Part shown: positions 47,839-56,911 of the stretch, piece after piece | How positions within the stretch are numbered: position 1 is the first letter of the stretch | Layout: each line of letters begins with the position of its first letter | Program-made: the position numbers and the translations under genes | DNA from: an uncultured Lachnospiraceae bacterium | GTDB taxonomy: Bacteria; Bacillota; Clostridia; Lachnospirales; Lachnospiraceae | NCBI GenBank assembly: GCA_947632515.1 | Contig: CANRPO010000003.1 | Coordinates: 82,065 to 146,064 of the forward strand | Length of the DNA: 64,000 nucleotides | Reading direction: 5' to 3' | The notes under the pieces: model-generated | Seen by the model: the letters and a program-made list of their open reading frames with translations, nothing else | Databases searched by the model: none | Told to the model about the DNA's origin: nothing

Positions 47839-49440
47839 ATGAGAGAGACACCTATCTTAAAAAATAAAGTATTTCTGTACCTGACGGAATTCTTCGCGGG
47901 TATGTCGGTGATGGCAGTGGAACTGGGCGCCAGCAGACTTCTGGCGCCTTATTTCAGTTCCTCTCAGATCGTGTGGACGATCATTATCGGCACCATCATG
48001 ATCGCCATGGCGCTTGGCAATATCTACGGCGGCAGGAGCGCGGACAGAAATCCTGACCCGGACAGGCTCTATGGCAGGATTCTGATCGCCGCCGTCTGGA
48101 TTGCGGCGATTCCCGTGGTTGGCAAATACATTGTACTTGGCATCTCCGCCCTGCTGATCTTTACAGTCAGCACCAATTTCCTGATCTGGGCGGCGTTTGC
48201 GGCGTGTATGGTCATTTTTGTGTTTCCGCTCTTTCTGCTGGGGACGGTGACGCCGTCGCTTGCAAAGTACTCCGTGGACAGTCTGGAGGACAGCGGGAAG
48301 ACGGTAGGGATGCTGGGCGCGTTCAACACCGTCGGCAGCATCATCGGCACCTTCGTGCCGACTTTCCTCTCCATACCGGCGGTGGGCACTTCCGTCACCT
48401 TTCTCATCTTTGCGGGGATCCTGCTGATACTGGCGGTCGTCTATTTTGCGAGCGGCCGAAGAGGCGCGGTGAAAAGTATTGCGGCGGCGGTGTTTTTTGC
48501 GCTGTGCTGTCTGCTTGGCCGGTCGGACGGTTTCGCCTTCTGGGAGACGAATCTGACCTACGAGGGAGAGTCGATCTACAATTATCTGCAAGTCAGGGAG
48601 AACGACAGGAGTGTGATCTTATCGACCAATGTGCTGTTCGGTGTGCAGTCGATGCTGATGAAGGAGGAAGGGCTGACGGGCATGTACTATGATTATGCGA
48701 TGGCGGCGCCGCTGATGACGGAGCGGGATCGGCCGGGGGACTGCAATGTGCTGATCCTCGGCATGGGGACAGGGACTTACGCGCACCAGTGCCGCAGCTA
48801 TTACGGCGACATGGAGATCGAGGGCGTGGAGATCGACGAGAAGATCACGGCGCTGGCGCGCAGATATTTTGAACTGCCCGCAGACGTGCCGGTGACGACT
48901 TACGACGGTCGGGCTTATCTGAATGCCATCGACGGTAAGTATGATGTGATCATGGTGGATGCCTATCAGGACATTACGATCCCTTTTCAGATGTCCTCCG
49001 TGGAATTTTTTACGCTGGTCAGGGAGCATTTGAACGCGGACGGCGTGATGGTGGTCAATATGAATATGCGCGGCAGCAGCGAAGGGAGCATCAACAGATA
49101 TTTGGCCGACACCATAGGCAGCGTGTTTGGAGAAGTATACACTGTGGATGTGGCAGGCTCCACGAACAGGGAGCTCTTTGCCTCCGACAACCCGCGGATG
49201 CTTGAAAATCTCGCAAAACACAGCAAGGCACTCTCCGATGACGGGCTTGCGGCGATGATGGCCGTTGTGTCCGACGATCTGACGGCATACGAGCCGGGAG
49301 GCCATATCATGACTGACGACAAGGCACCGGTGGAGCTTTTGGGGATGCAGGTACTGGACGAAGTGATCCGTGAGGAGGTCGCCTACTATAAACAGATCTA
49401 CGAGGAGCGCGGCGTACAGGGCGTCATCGACGCGCTGTAG
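47839..49440 (+). CDS. Fused membrane domain / spermidine-synthase-like methyltransferase
   Basis: About 7 N-terminal TMs (ELGASRLLAPYF), ESIYN, LILGMGTG, VEID, DGR, YDVIMVDAY, TDDKAPVE. Confidence 0.8.
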   Translation: MRETPILKNKVFLYLTEFFAGMSVMAVELGASRLLAPYFSSSQIVWTIIIGTIMIAMALGNIYGGRSADRNPDPDRLYGRILIAAVWIAAIPVVGKYIVLGISALLIFTVSTNFLIWAAFAACMVIFVFPLFLLGTVTPSLAKYSVDSLEDSGKTVGMLGAFNTVGSIIGTFVPTFLSIPAVGTSVTFLIFAGILLILAVVYFASGRRGAVKSIAAAVFFALCCLLGRSDGFAFWETNLTYEGESIYNYLQVRENDRSVILSTNVLFGVQSMLMKEEGLTGMYYDYAMAAPLMTERDRPGDCNVLILGMGTGTYAHQCRSYYGDMEIEGVEIDEKITALARRYFELPADVPVTTYDGRAYLNAIDGKYDVIMVDAYQDITIPFQMSSVEFFTLVREHLNADGVMVVNMNMRGSSEGSINRYLADTIGSVFGEVYTVDVAGSTNRELFASDNPRMLENLAKHSKALSDDGLAAMMAVVSDDLTAYEPGGHIMTDDKAPVELLGMQVLDEVIREEVAYYKQIYEERGVQGVIDAL

Positions 49441-49451
49441 GAATACTGGTC

Positions 49452-49484
49452 AAAAAAAGAAGTCAGACCGATCGGTCTGACTTC
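49452..49484 (-). terminator. Terminator between convergent genes (perfect 26-bp palindrome)
   Basis: GAAGTCAGACCGATCGGTCTGACTTC at 49459-49484 with A7 on its left (T tract on the minus strand). Confidence 0.85.
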
Positions 49485-49525
49485 CTGCTATTCTTGATTG
49501 CCGCTGTGCCTGTAGCTGCGGGAGA

Positions 49526-50143
49526 CTAGTTTGACGTTGTAAGTCCTGCATCCTCAGCCAGCTTGTCAAACTTCTCCATGACGGCGTCGTATGTCTGCTT
49601 GGAGATGTCCGGGAGCTCGCCGCCCCATGTCTTCTCCGCCATCTTGTAGCCCTTCTTGAACGCCTCGCGCATCTCCTCGATTTTGTCCGGGTCACCGCCT
49701 GTCAGCGCGGTGGCGAAGTCGATGATCCTGTCGGATGTCTGTTTTACGCCCCAGTAGCCGTCCTCTGAAATATCTTTCTGCGCCTGTGCTTTCGTGGCAG
49801 CGTCCACCGTGAAGTCGCCGCTTGCCAGGAATGACCAGATGCCGTTGGCCGTGTTGTAGGTCTGGCCCTGCTTGGTCATCAACTGCTGCACGATGTTCTG
49901 TAACTGCTGGGTATGTGCCTCAGCGTCGGCTTTCAGTTTGTTCACTAAGTCTGTGTTCTGCGTATAGGTTTTCGCAGCGGAAGTGCCCGCCTTAGACGCC
50001 TCATAGACAACGCCGGAATCGTCCTTCTTTTCGGAAGTTTTGTCGGAAGTGTTCTCCTCGGTCGTCTTCGCCGCGTTGGTGGTCAGACTCGCCTGATAGA
50101 CATCATAGGTATTTGCAGCACCTGTAATTCCGTTTACGCTCAT
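49526..50143 (-). CDS. Conserved hypothetical protein (ISEDGYWGVKQTSDRIIDFA family)
   Basis: Strong RBS AAGGAGG; low-complexity N-terminus; AQKDISEDGYWG...GYKMAEKTWGGELPDIS motif. Confidence 0.8.
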   Translation of the reverse strand: MSVNGITGAANTYDVYQASLTTNAAKTTEENTSDKTSEKKDDSGVVYEASKAGTSAAKTYTQNTDLVNKLKADAEAHTQQLQNIVQQLMTKQGQTYNTANGIWSFLASGDFTVDAATKAQAQKDISEDGYWGVKQTSDRIIDFATALTGGDPDKIEEMREAFKKGYKMAEKTWGGELPDISKQTYDAVMEKFDKLAEDAGLTTSN

Positions 50144-50223
50144 TGATATCCCTCCTTGGAATGTGTTATAGTTATAAATTATGGGTTGCTGAACAGGGGA
50201 TAACTCCCCTTTGTCTATTTATT

Positions 50224-50251
50224 ATATCGTACCACATCTCCGGAAAAATTA
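50224..50251 (-). promoter_or_regulatory. Putative sigma28 promoter
   Basis: Minus strand TAAT-N16-TACGATAT. Confidence 0.5.
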
Positions 50252-50373
50252 GGAGCAAAACCGAAAATTTTTCTTTATTTTGTGACGAAAAAAGGGGCGT
50301 TCACGACATGGGGCACAGAGGAGAAAAAGTTTTTGGGGTAGGAAAGGCGGAAAAAATATATTAAAATGAGATA

Positions 50374-51714
50374 ATGCGGGGCAGAATCATGGGATACGGA
50401 GAAGAGAAGATGGAGAGACAGACGCCGAAATACGAGAGCCTGCGGGCATACATGAAGTCTGCGGAGAAACGCAAGGAGTTATTTGACATCAAGGAGCAGT
50501 TTGACGAGGCGCTGTGGTACAAATATCTGAAAGAACTGTCCGAGCGCAAGGAAGTGCGCTGCGGGCGGGACAAGGCATTCTACGGCGAGAGGATCGACAG
50601 CCTCAGGCCGCTCACCGGGGGGACGCCCCTCACAAATTTCCTGCTCTATAAGGGGTTGCCCAAGTTCTGCGATTTTGACTGCGACGGAACCGTCCGGAAG
50701 GACTATCTGAAACAGGGCTACTACTCCTGGTTCCCGCGGGAGATCTACAGGACGCTGTGGTACTGGCGGGATCTGTGCAGGGTGAAGGATGTGCCGTTTT
50801 CGTATGCGACGGTCAGGCAGTTCGCGGACTCCTGTTACGACGACGGCATCAGGATGGGACCGGACACAATGAACTCTTTCTGGATCACCTTTAGTCTGTA
50901 TTTGATCTCCCATTACGGGCAAACCTATAAATGGAACAACTTTAAGAATACGGTCTTCTTTCAGGAAGGCGAAAACGGCAGGCAGCGGAACCGGGCGGAC
51001 AGGATCAAGGAACTCATCGAGGCGGACGAAAACTATATCGGGAGCGCCGGGCTTAAAGAGTTCGCCAAAATGACCCACACCGTGGGCAATCTGGTGCTGG
51101 TGCCGGCGGGCTACAACGGCTATCGGGGGACGCAGCCCTGCATCAAGGATTATTTCGATCTGTCCTTGGAGAATCTGCTCCATGTGCGGGATGGGAAACG
51201 CTATCTCGGCGAGGAGCAGGCTGTCAGGAGGAAAAACTTCATAAAGTATATCAACACCTTTTTCCTGTGGGACTATGTGGACGGGGAGTACGAAGTGCTG
51301 CCGCTGTGTCGATCTCACGCGGTCCAGATGGAGACGCAGCGGCGGACCGGAAGGCTGGAGGCGAGAGGCGTTCTGCCGGGGATCGATGAGATCGACGGAC
51401 TGTGCGCTGAGATCAACGGCAAAATCTACAGGCGCGGCCTGTTCGTGGTGGCCATGCTGCGGATCGCCATGGGGATCGGGTCGGATGGCACGGACGCCGC
51501 GCTGCGCTATACCTACGAGGGAAGATACAAAGACGGCTGGGCGTCGTGGAGCGTTTCGGGCGTATACAAGAAGATCATGGAGGAAGTGTTTTTGCAAAAT
51601 ACCATGTATGCCGGCGGTTATCGCAAGGTCGATGAGCTGATCCGAAAAGCGGCAGAGGGCAATCCTGATGAAAAATTCGTGACGGACATCATGGACGGCA
51701 TTTCCTGCGGTTGA
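50374..51714 (+). CDS. Hypothetical protein, DUF6994/HNH-like motif series (start uncertain: 50374, 50389 or 50410)
   Basis: DFDCD, IY..LW, DTMNSFW, HTVGNLVLVP..YN..RG, DYFDLSL, FFLWDYVD. Confidence 0.65.
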   Translation: MRGRIMGYGEEKMERQTPKYESLRAYMKSAEKRKELFDIKEQFDEALWYKYLKELSERKEVRCGRDKAFYGERIDSLRPLTGGTPLTNFLLYKGLPKFCDFDCDGTVRKDYLKQGYYSWFPREIYRTLWYWRDLCRVKDVPFSYATVRQFADSCYDDGIRMGPDTMNSFWITFSLYLISHYGQTYKWNNFKNTVFFQEGENGRQRNRADRIKELIEADENYIGSAGLKEFAKMTHTVGNLVLVPAGYNGYRGTQPCIKDYFDLSLENLLHVRDGKRYLGEEQAVRRKNFIKYINTFFLWDYVDGEYEVLPLCRSHAVQMETQRRTGRLEARGVLPGIDEIDGLCAEINGKIYRRGLFVVAMLRIAMGIGSDGTDAALRYTYEGRYKDGWASWSVSGVYKKIMEEVFLQNTMYAGGYRKVDELIRKAAEGNPDEKFVTDIMDGISCG

Positions 51715-51774
51715 CGAAAACATGCGGATTGTATATAATGAAGTACAATCATTTCTTGTATACAAAGTACAATC
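51711..51774 (+). promoter_or_regulatory. sigmaA promoter of ispE-gntR with two candidate GntR operators
   Basis: TTGACG-N17-TATAAT; TTGTATATAA (51729) and palindrome TTGTATACAA (51756), each followed by AGTACAATC. Confidence 0.65.
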
Positions 51775-51786
51775 TTGGAGGCGGTT

Positions 51787-52671
51787 ATGGAACAGATTTT
51801 CCGCAAAGCGTACGCGAAAATCAATCTTGGACTGGATGTTTTAAGGCGCAGAGAGGACGGCTACCATGAGCTCAGGATGATCATGCAGACGGTGGACATC
51901 TGCGATGATCTGCTGTTCGAGCGGACGGCGGAGCCGGGGATCGCGATTCGAGCCGACCGCGAAGAACTGCCATTGGACCGGGGAAACCTGATCTATCGGG
52001 CGGCGGAACTGCTGTTTCGCGAAAAGAAGATGGCGGAGGGCGTGCGGGTCACGCTGACGAAACGCATCCCCATCGCCGCGGGTATGGCGGGAGGCAGCGC
52101 TGACGCGGCTGCCGCCATGCACGGCTTGAACGCGCTTTTTGCGATGGGGTATTCCGTGAGAGAATTGCAGGAACTTGGCGTGAAACTGGGAGCGGACGTC
52201 CCATACTGCCTCGCAGGCGGCACGATGCTCGCGGAGGGCATCGGGGAGATCCTGACGCCGCTGCCGCCGCCGCCGGCCTGTTTCCTTGTGGTCGCCAAAC
52301 CGGACATCGATGTATCGACCGCTTTTGTGTACGGCAATCTTCACGCCGACAGGCTGACGTATCACCCCGATATAGACGGGATGATCGGCGCGCTGCGGGC
52401 CGGGGATCTGAGCGGTATCACGGACAGATTGGGAAATGTGCTGGAGACGGTTACGGCAGGAGCATACCCTGTGGTCAGCGAGATCAAAGAACTGCTGCGG
52501 CGCGCGGGGGCGGAGAATGCGCTGATGAGCGGCAGCGGCCCGTCCGTGTTCGGCATCTTTAAGGAGCGCGGCGCGGCCGAGGCGGCGGCGCGGGCCGTGT
52601 CCGACAGGAAACTGGCGGGTCAGGTCTTTGTGACGACATTTTGCGGCGGCAGTGCGGCGGAAGAGAGGTGA
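51787..52671 (+). CDS. ispE: 4-diphosphocytidyl-2-C-methyl-D-erythritol kinase
   Basis: AYAKINLGL..RREDGYHE, KRIPIAAGMAGGSADAA, GADVP, MSGSGP. Confidence 0.96.
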   Translation: MEQIFRKAYAKINLGLDVLRRREDGYHELRMIMQTVDICDDLLFERTAEPGIAIRADREELPLDRGNLIYRAAELLFREKKMAEGVRVTLTKRIPIAAGMAGGSADAAAAMHGLNALFAMGYSVRELQELGVKLGADVPYCLAGGTMLAEGIGEILTPLPPPPACFLVVAKPDIDVSTAFVYGNLHADRLTYHPDIDGMIGALRAGDLSGITDRLGNVLETVTAGAYPVVSEIKELLRRAGAENALMSGSGPSVFGIFKERGAAEAAARAVSDRKLAGQVFVTTFCGGSAAEER

Positions 52672-52677
52672 GGACGC

Positions 52678-53376
52678 ATGGGAGATCATTTTGACATGAC
52701 AATGGACGAAGTACTTCCGCTGCGGGACGTGGTGTTCAACACGCTGCGCAAGGCGATCCTCACGGGAGAATTAAAGCCGGGCGAGCGCCTGATGGAGATT
52801 CATCTGGCGAACCGTCTCGGAGTCAGCAGAACGCCCATCCGAGAGGCGATCCGCAAGCTGGAGCTGGAAGGCCTTGTGATCATGATTCCCCGGCGGGGCG
52901 CGGAGGTCGCGCAGATCACGGAGAAGAGTCTGAAAGACGTGCTGGAAGTGCGCCGGGCATTGGACGCTCTGTGCGCGGAGCTTGCCTGCGACAGGATCAC
53001 TGCGGAGGAAGAAGAGATGCTGGGAAAAGCCTGCGACGAGTTTGCACGCGCGACGAAGACGAAGGACGCGACGGTGATCGCAAAGGCCGATGTGGCGTTT
53101 CACGATATTATCGTGCAGGCCACGGGCAATCAAAGACTGATCCAGTTAATCAACAACTTGTCGGAGCAGATGTATCGGTATCGCTTTGAGTATATTAAGG
53201 ACGAAAATCAGCATGACAGTCTGATCGAAGAGCATAGAATAATATACGAGAGTATTGTGGGGCGCGACAAGGAGAAGGCGGCAAAAACCGCCAGGCTCCA
53301 CATTGACAATCAGGAGAAGTCCATTATCCGCCAGATCAGACTGGAACAGAATCAGGCGGCGGCCGGAAAAAAGTAA
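52678..53376 (+). CDS. GntR/FadR-family transcriptional regulator
   Basis: LRKAILTGELKPGERL..LGVSRTPIREA, FCD domain. Confidence 0.93.
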   Translation: MGDHFDMTMDEVLPLRDVVFNTLRKAILTGELKPGERLMEIHLANRLGVSRTPIREAIRKLELEGLVIMIPRRGAEVAQITEKSLKDVLEVRRALDALCAELACDRITAEEEEMLGKACDEFARATKTKDATVIAKADVAFHDIIVQATGNQRLIQLINNLSEQMYRYRFEYIKDENQHDSLIEEHRIIYESIVGRDKEKAAKTARLHIDNQEKSIIRQIRLEQNQAAAGKK

Positions 53377-53378
53377 AG

Positions 53379-53407
53379 GTATAGAGAGACGGATAGTGGG
53401 CACACTT
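53379..53407 (+). promoter_or_regulatory. Putative sigmaF promoter
   Basis: GTATA-N14/15-(G)GGCACACTT. Confidence 0.45.
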
Positions 53408-53458
53408 CTTATAACGGCAGTGAAACGGACTGATGTATGCCGGATAGGAGTGTGTGAA

Positions 53459-53737
53459 ATGATCGACAGACAAGGTATGAGACGGTTTGCGCGGAAAGCG
53501 TATTATGATCTGCGTCTTCGGGCGGCTGCGGCGGGTGTGTTCGCGTGTATTTGGTGGGGGATCCTGTATCCGGAATTATGTTTTACGGACGGCACTTACG
53601 AGCAGGTTACCGCCGGAGACGACGGCGAGACTCGGGCGGATCGCCCCGAAGGGCGAAGTATTCTGGACGCATCGGGGGACGAAGTCGTCATAAAGAGCAG
53701 ACTGCTTGAGTGGCTCGGACACAGAACGGATAAATAA
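53459..53737 (+). CDS. Short protein resembling only the C-terminal part of SpoIIR
   Basis: WWGILYPELCF...VVIKSRLLEWL versus SpoIIR NWWCV[LM][FY]P.LC...K.K..E; sits in the ispE-gntR-spoIIR slot. Confidence 0.55.
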   Translation: MIDRQGMRRFARKAYYDLRLRAAAAGVFACIWWGILYPELCFTDGTYEQVTAGDDGETRADRPEGRSILDASGDEVVIKSRLLEWLGHRTDK

Positions 53738-53756
53738 GAGACGGGGGACAGTGGTT

Positions 53757-54590
53757 ATGAGTGAGCGGGAAGAATTGCGTAACAGGCCCATCGGCGTTTT
53801 CGATTCGGGTGTGGGCGGATTGACCGTGGCGCGGGAGATCATGCGGCAGCTCCCCAACGAGCGCATTGTATATTTCGGGGACACGGCGCGGGTGCCCTAC
53901 GGCAACAAGTCGCCGGAGACGATCACCAAATTTTCCAGACAGATCGCGCGTTTCCTGCAGACGCAGAACGTCAAGGCAATCGTGATCGCCTGCAACAGCG
54001 CCAGCTCCTGCGCCGTGGGCGCGCTGGAGAGAGAGGTGGATCTGCCGATCATCGACGTGGTCAGGCCGGGCGCCAGGACTGCGGTCGGCGTGACGAAGAA
54101 TGGCAAGATCGGCGTGATCGCTACGGAGGCGACCATCGGCAGCGGCATTTACAGCCGATACATAAAAGAGCAGGACTCCGACGCCATGGTGCTCAGCAAG
54201 GCATGTCCGCTCTTCGTTCCGCTGGTGGAGGAGGGGCTGTGGGAGGACCCGGTGACGGACGAGATCGCCGGAAGGTACCTGGCGGAGCTGATCGATGTGG
54301 GGATTGATACGCTGATCCTCGGCTGCACCCACTACCCCATCATACGCTCCACCATCGGCAGGATCATGGGGTCCGCCGTGACGCTGGTGAATCCGGCCTA
54401 CGAGACGGCCAGAGAGCTTAAGCGTCTTCTGCAGGATCAGGGATTGGAGAGCGAACACAGGCCGGGATTGGGTACGGAGCTGTACAGATTTTTTGTCAGC
54501 GATGCGGCGGACAAATTTCAGAAATTTGCCAATTCCATTCTGACATACGGCATCCTGTCGGCAAAGGTCATCAACATAGACGAGTACTGA
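53757..54590 (+). CDS. murI: Glutamate racemase
   Basis: FDSGVGGLTV, PYGNK, IACNSAS, LGCTHYP. Confidence 0.96.
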   Translation: MSEREELRNRPIGVFDSGVGGLTVAREIMRQLPNERIVYFGDTARVPYGNKSPETITKFSRQIARFLQTQNVKAIVIACNSASSCAVGALEREVDLPIIDVVRPGARTAVGVTKNGKIGVIATEATIGSGIYSRYIKEQDSDAMVLSKACPLFVPLVEEGLWEDPVTDEIAGRYLAELIDVGIDTLILGCTHYPIIRSTIGRIMGSAVTLVNPAYETARELKRLLQDQGLESEHRPGLGTELYRFFVSDAADKFQKFANSILTYGILSAKVINIDEY

Positions 54591-54624
54591 GCTGCGACGG
54601 AAGGGACGACGGAGTAAGATACCT

Positions 54625-55053
54625 ATGACACGGAATGTTTTAGTTACGCTGCGCGGTACACAGTCAGGCAGGGACGGAGAGGACGCCGGACTGGTCGAGA
54701 CGGAGGCGCGGGGAGAGTATTATCAGAGAAACGGAAAACACTATGTTCTTTACGACGAGGCTGTGGGCGGGTCGGACGGGAGCGCCAGGAGCAGACTGAA
54801 ATTTGATGAGCGGATCGTGGAGGTTTCCCGAAACGGCGCCGTGGCCTGCCGCATGGTGTTTGAGGAAAATAAAAAGAATCTGACCGGGTATGGGACGCCC
54901 TTTGGCCAGATCCTCATGGGGATTGCCACAAAGAAGATAGAACTCACACAGCAGGAGGACAGAATCACCGTCGAAGTGGATTACGCGCTGGATGTCAACG
55001 ACGCTTTTGTGTCCCACTGTCATATGGTCATTGAAATACGTTCGGTTATTTGA
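54625..55053 (+). CDS. DUF1934 family beta-barrel protein
   Basis: G.YY..NGKHYVLY.E, Y.TPFG; adjacent to murI. Confidence 0.75.
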   Translation: MTRNVLVTLRGTQSGRDGEDAGLVETEARGEYYQRNGKHYVLYDEAVGGSDGSARSRLKFDERIVEVSRNGAVACRMVFEENKKNLTGYGTPFGQILMGIATKKIELTQQEDRITVEVDYALDVNDAFVSHCHMVIEIRSVI

Positions 55054-55522
55054 TGGGCTTTGCGCCCGCCTTTTCCTGAGCGCGTTCCACAAACTGCTTG
55101 AATCTGCTCTTTTTCTTCTGCTCCGTCGCCACGGTCTTGCCGTGCAGCCCCTTGACGTCCGTGATATAGATGCCGCTGACAACGGCCTTGACTTCCTTCT
55201 TGACGGGGACGGAATCGAAGATCTTCTCATCGCAGATCAGCGACATCACCTGCGGGCCGACCTTGGCCTTGACGACAGGAAGTTTTGAGCCGCGTAACCA
55301 CTTCGGAGTCTGATCAAGAATGATCTGTGGAAGTCCGGCGTCCCGCAGTTTCATGCGCTTTTTGTCTATGATCAGCATGGACACCGTCTGTTTCATGGCG
55401 TCAATCTGCGCCTGCTGCTCACTCTGCTTTTTCTGCGCCTTTTTCCCAAGAAAATATAGTGCGACTACGGCAATGATCAGGATAGCCAGGATCACTAACA
55501 AAACAATCGTTACTGTACTCAT
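55046..55522 (-). CDS. Conserved hypothetical single-TM protein
   Basis: N-terminal TM, LIIDKKRMKL, PVVKAKVGP, VSGIYI; RBS GGAGG. Confidence 0.75.
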   Translation of the reverse strand: MSTVTIVLLVILAILIIAVVALYFLGKKAQKKQSEQQAQIDAMKQTVSMLIIDKKRMKLRDAGLPQIILDQTPKWLRGSKLPVVKAKVGPQVMSLICDEKIFDSVPVKKEVKAVVSGIYITDVKGLHGKTVATEQKKKSRFKQFVERAQEKAGAKPIK

Positions 55523-55731
55523 TGAGTCACCTCCGAAAAACTTCTGCATGTAAAGGATATTTTATCATTGATTGGTTCATTAGGCAAGAAATACTTTAAA
55601 CGGAGAAGGGTTTGTGATATGATTATTTAGTATGGGTATGTCCGCAGGCGGGGACAGCGCTGCGGGCTGCCATGAGGGGCGGAACCGACAATATTTGCAT
55701 AAAAGTAAAGAAGAAAGAGACGGAGAAGATT

Positions 55732-56850
55732 ATGAAAAAATGGAAAAACGGCGGCATAATTGGCGTAAAGGCGGCGGTTTTGGCCGTCACCCTGACCGTG
55801 TCCGCACTGCTGTGCGCCTGCGGCAGCAAGGAATACCTCAAGGACATCAAGGCGTCCGACTATGTGACGCTGGGGAATTATACCGGCATCGAGGTGAATG
55901 AGGAGAAGGCGGAGATCGACGACAGCATCGTGGACACGTATATCGAGTCCTATCTCCTGCCGGGTTTTGCCACGGTGGAGGAAGTGACCGGGCGGCCCGT
56001 TCAGGAGGGCGATACGGTGAACATCGACTATGCGGGTTATCTCGACGGGGAGCAGTTCGACGGCGGCACCGCCAGCGGACAGAGCCTGACGATCGGCTCC
56101 CATACGTTTATCGACGGTTTTGAGGACGGCCTGATCGGCGCGAATGTGGGGGACACCGTTTCGCTGGATCTGGCGTTCCCGGATCCCTATCCCAATAATC
56201 CGGATCTGGCGGGCAAGCCTGTGGTGTTCGAGGTGACGGTGAACAGCATCGGCATCCGGAAGATCCCGGAACTGAACGACGAGTTCGCGGCGACTGCGGG
56301 GACGGCTATGGGTATCGAGGACTGCACCACCGTGCAGGAATTGAAAGATTATCTGCGGGAGCGTTTCGAGGAACAGGAGGAACTGCGGTTCGAGACGGCA
56401 GTGGAGAACGATCTGACCAACACGATCATGGCGGACTGTACGTTCAAGGAGCCTCCGGCAGAGATGGTGGAGCGTTTCGTGCAGAACATCACGGATGTGC
56501 AGACCGCGCAGGCGCAGGTGCAGGGCATGACGCTGTCGGATTACATGTTAAACTATTACGGCATGGACCAGGCGGCTTATGAGGCGGAATTTCAGAGTAA
56601 CGCGCTGACGGGCGCGCAGCAGTATATCATGTATCAGGCCATCGCCGACATCGAGGGACTCAATCCGACAGAAGAGCAGATTCAGGAGGAGATTGACAGC
56701 AGGGTGGAAGCCTACGGTTACGAATCCGAGGAAAAATATCTGGAGAGCGTCGATGAGGAGATGCTGAAAGAGCAGGTCATGCGGGACAATGTGATGGCGT
56801 TTTTAAAGGAGAACGGCAAGATCACGGCGACGACTGCGATTGCGGACTGA
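55732..56850 (+). CDS. Trigger-factor-like lipoprotein (FKBP PPIase + C-terminal chaperone domain)
   Basis: Lipobox LLCAC; GDTVNIDYAG...FDGG...IGSHTFIDGFEDGLIG, FPDPY...LAGKPVVF; no GFRxGxxP ribosome-binding loop. Confidence 0.8.
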   Translation: MKKWKNGGIIGVKAAVLAVTLTVSALLCACGSKEYLKDIKASDYVTLGNYTGIEVNEEKAEIDDSIVDTYIESYLLPGFATVEEVTGRPVQEGDTVNIDYAGYLDGEQFDGGTASGQSLTIGSHTFIDGFEDGLIGANVGDTVSLDLAFPDPYPNNPDLAGKPVVFEVTVNSIGIRKIPELNDEFAATAGTAMGIEDCTTVQELKDYLRERFEEQEELRFETAVENDLTNTIMADCTFKEPPAEMVERFVQNITDVQTAQAQVQGMTLSDYMLNYYGMDQAAYEAEFQSNALTGAQQYIMYQAIADIEGLNPTEEQIQEEIDSRVEAYGYESEEKYLESVDEEMLKEQVMRDNVMAFLKENGKITATTAIAD

Positions 56851-56911
56851 CCCTTCGCATGAAATGACGCAGACGGATGCAAACTAAGGGACAGAGAAGG
56901 AGCAATGAGTT

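Noticed and set aside
49459-49484. Perfect 26-bp palindrome as a recombination site
   Set aside because: Its position between convergent genes with a flanking A tract is fully explained by a terminator.
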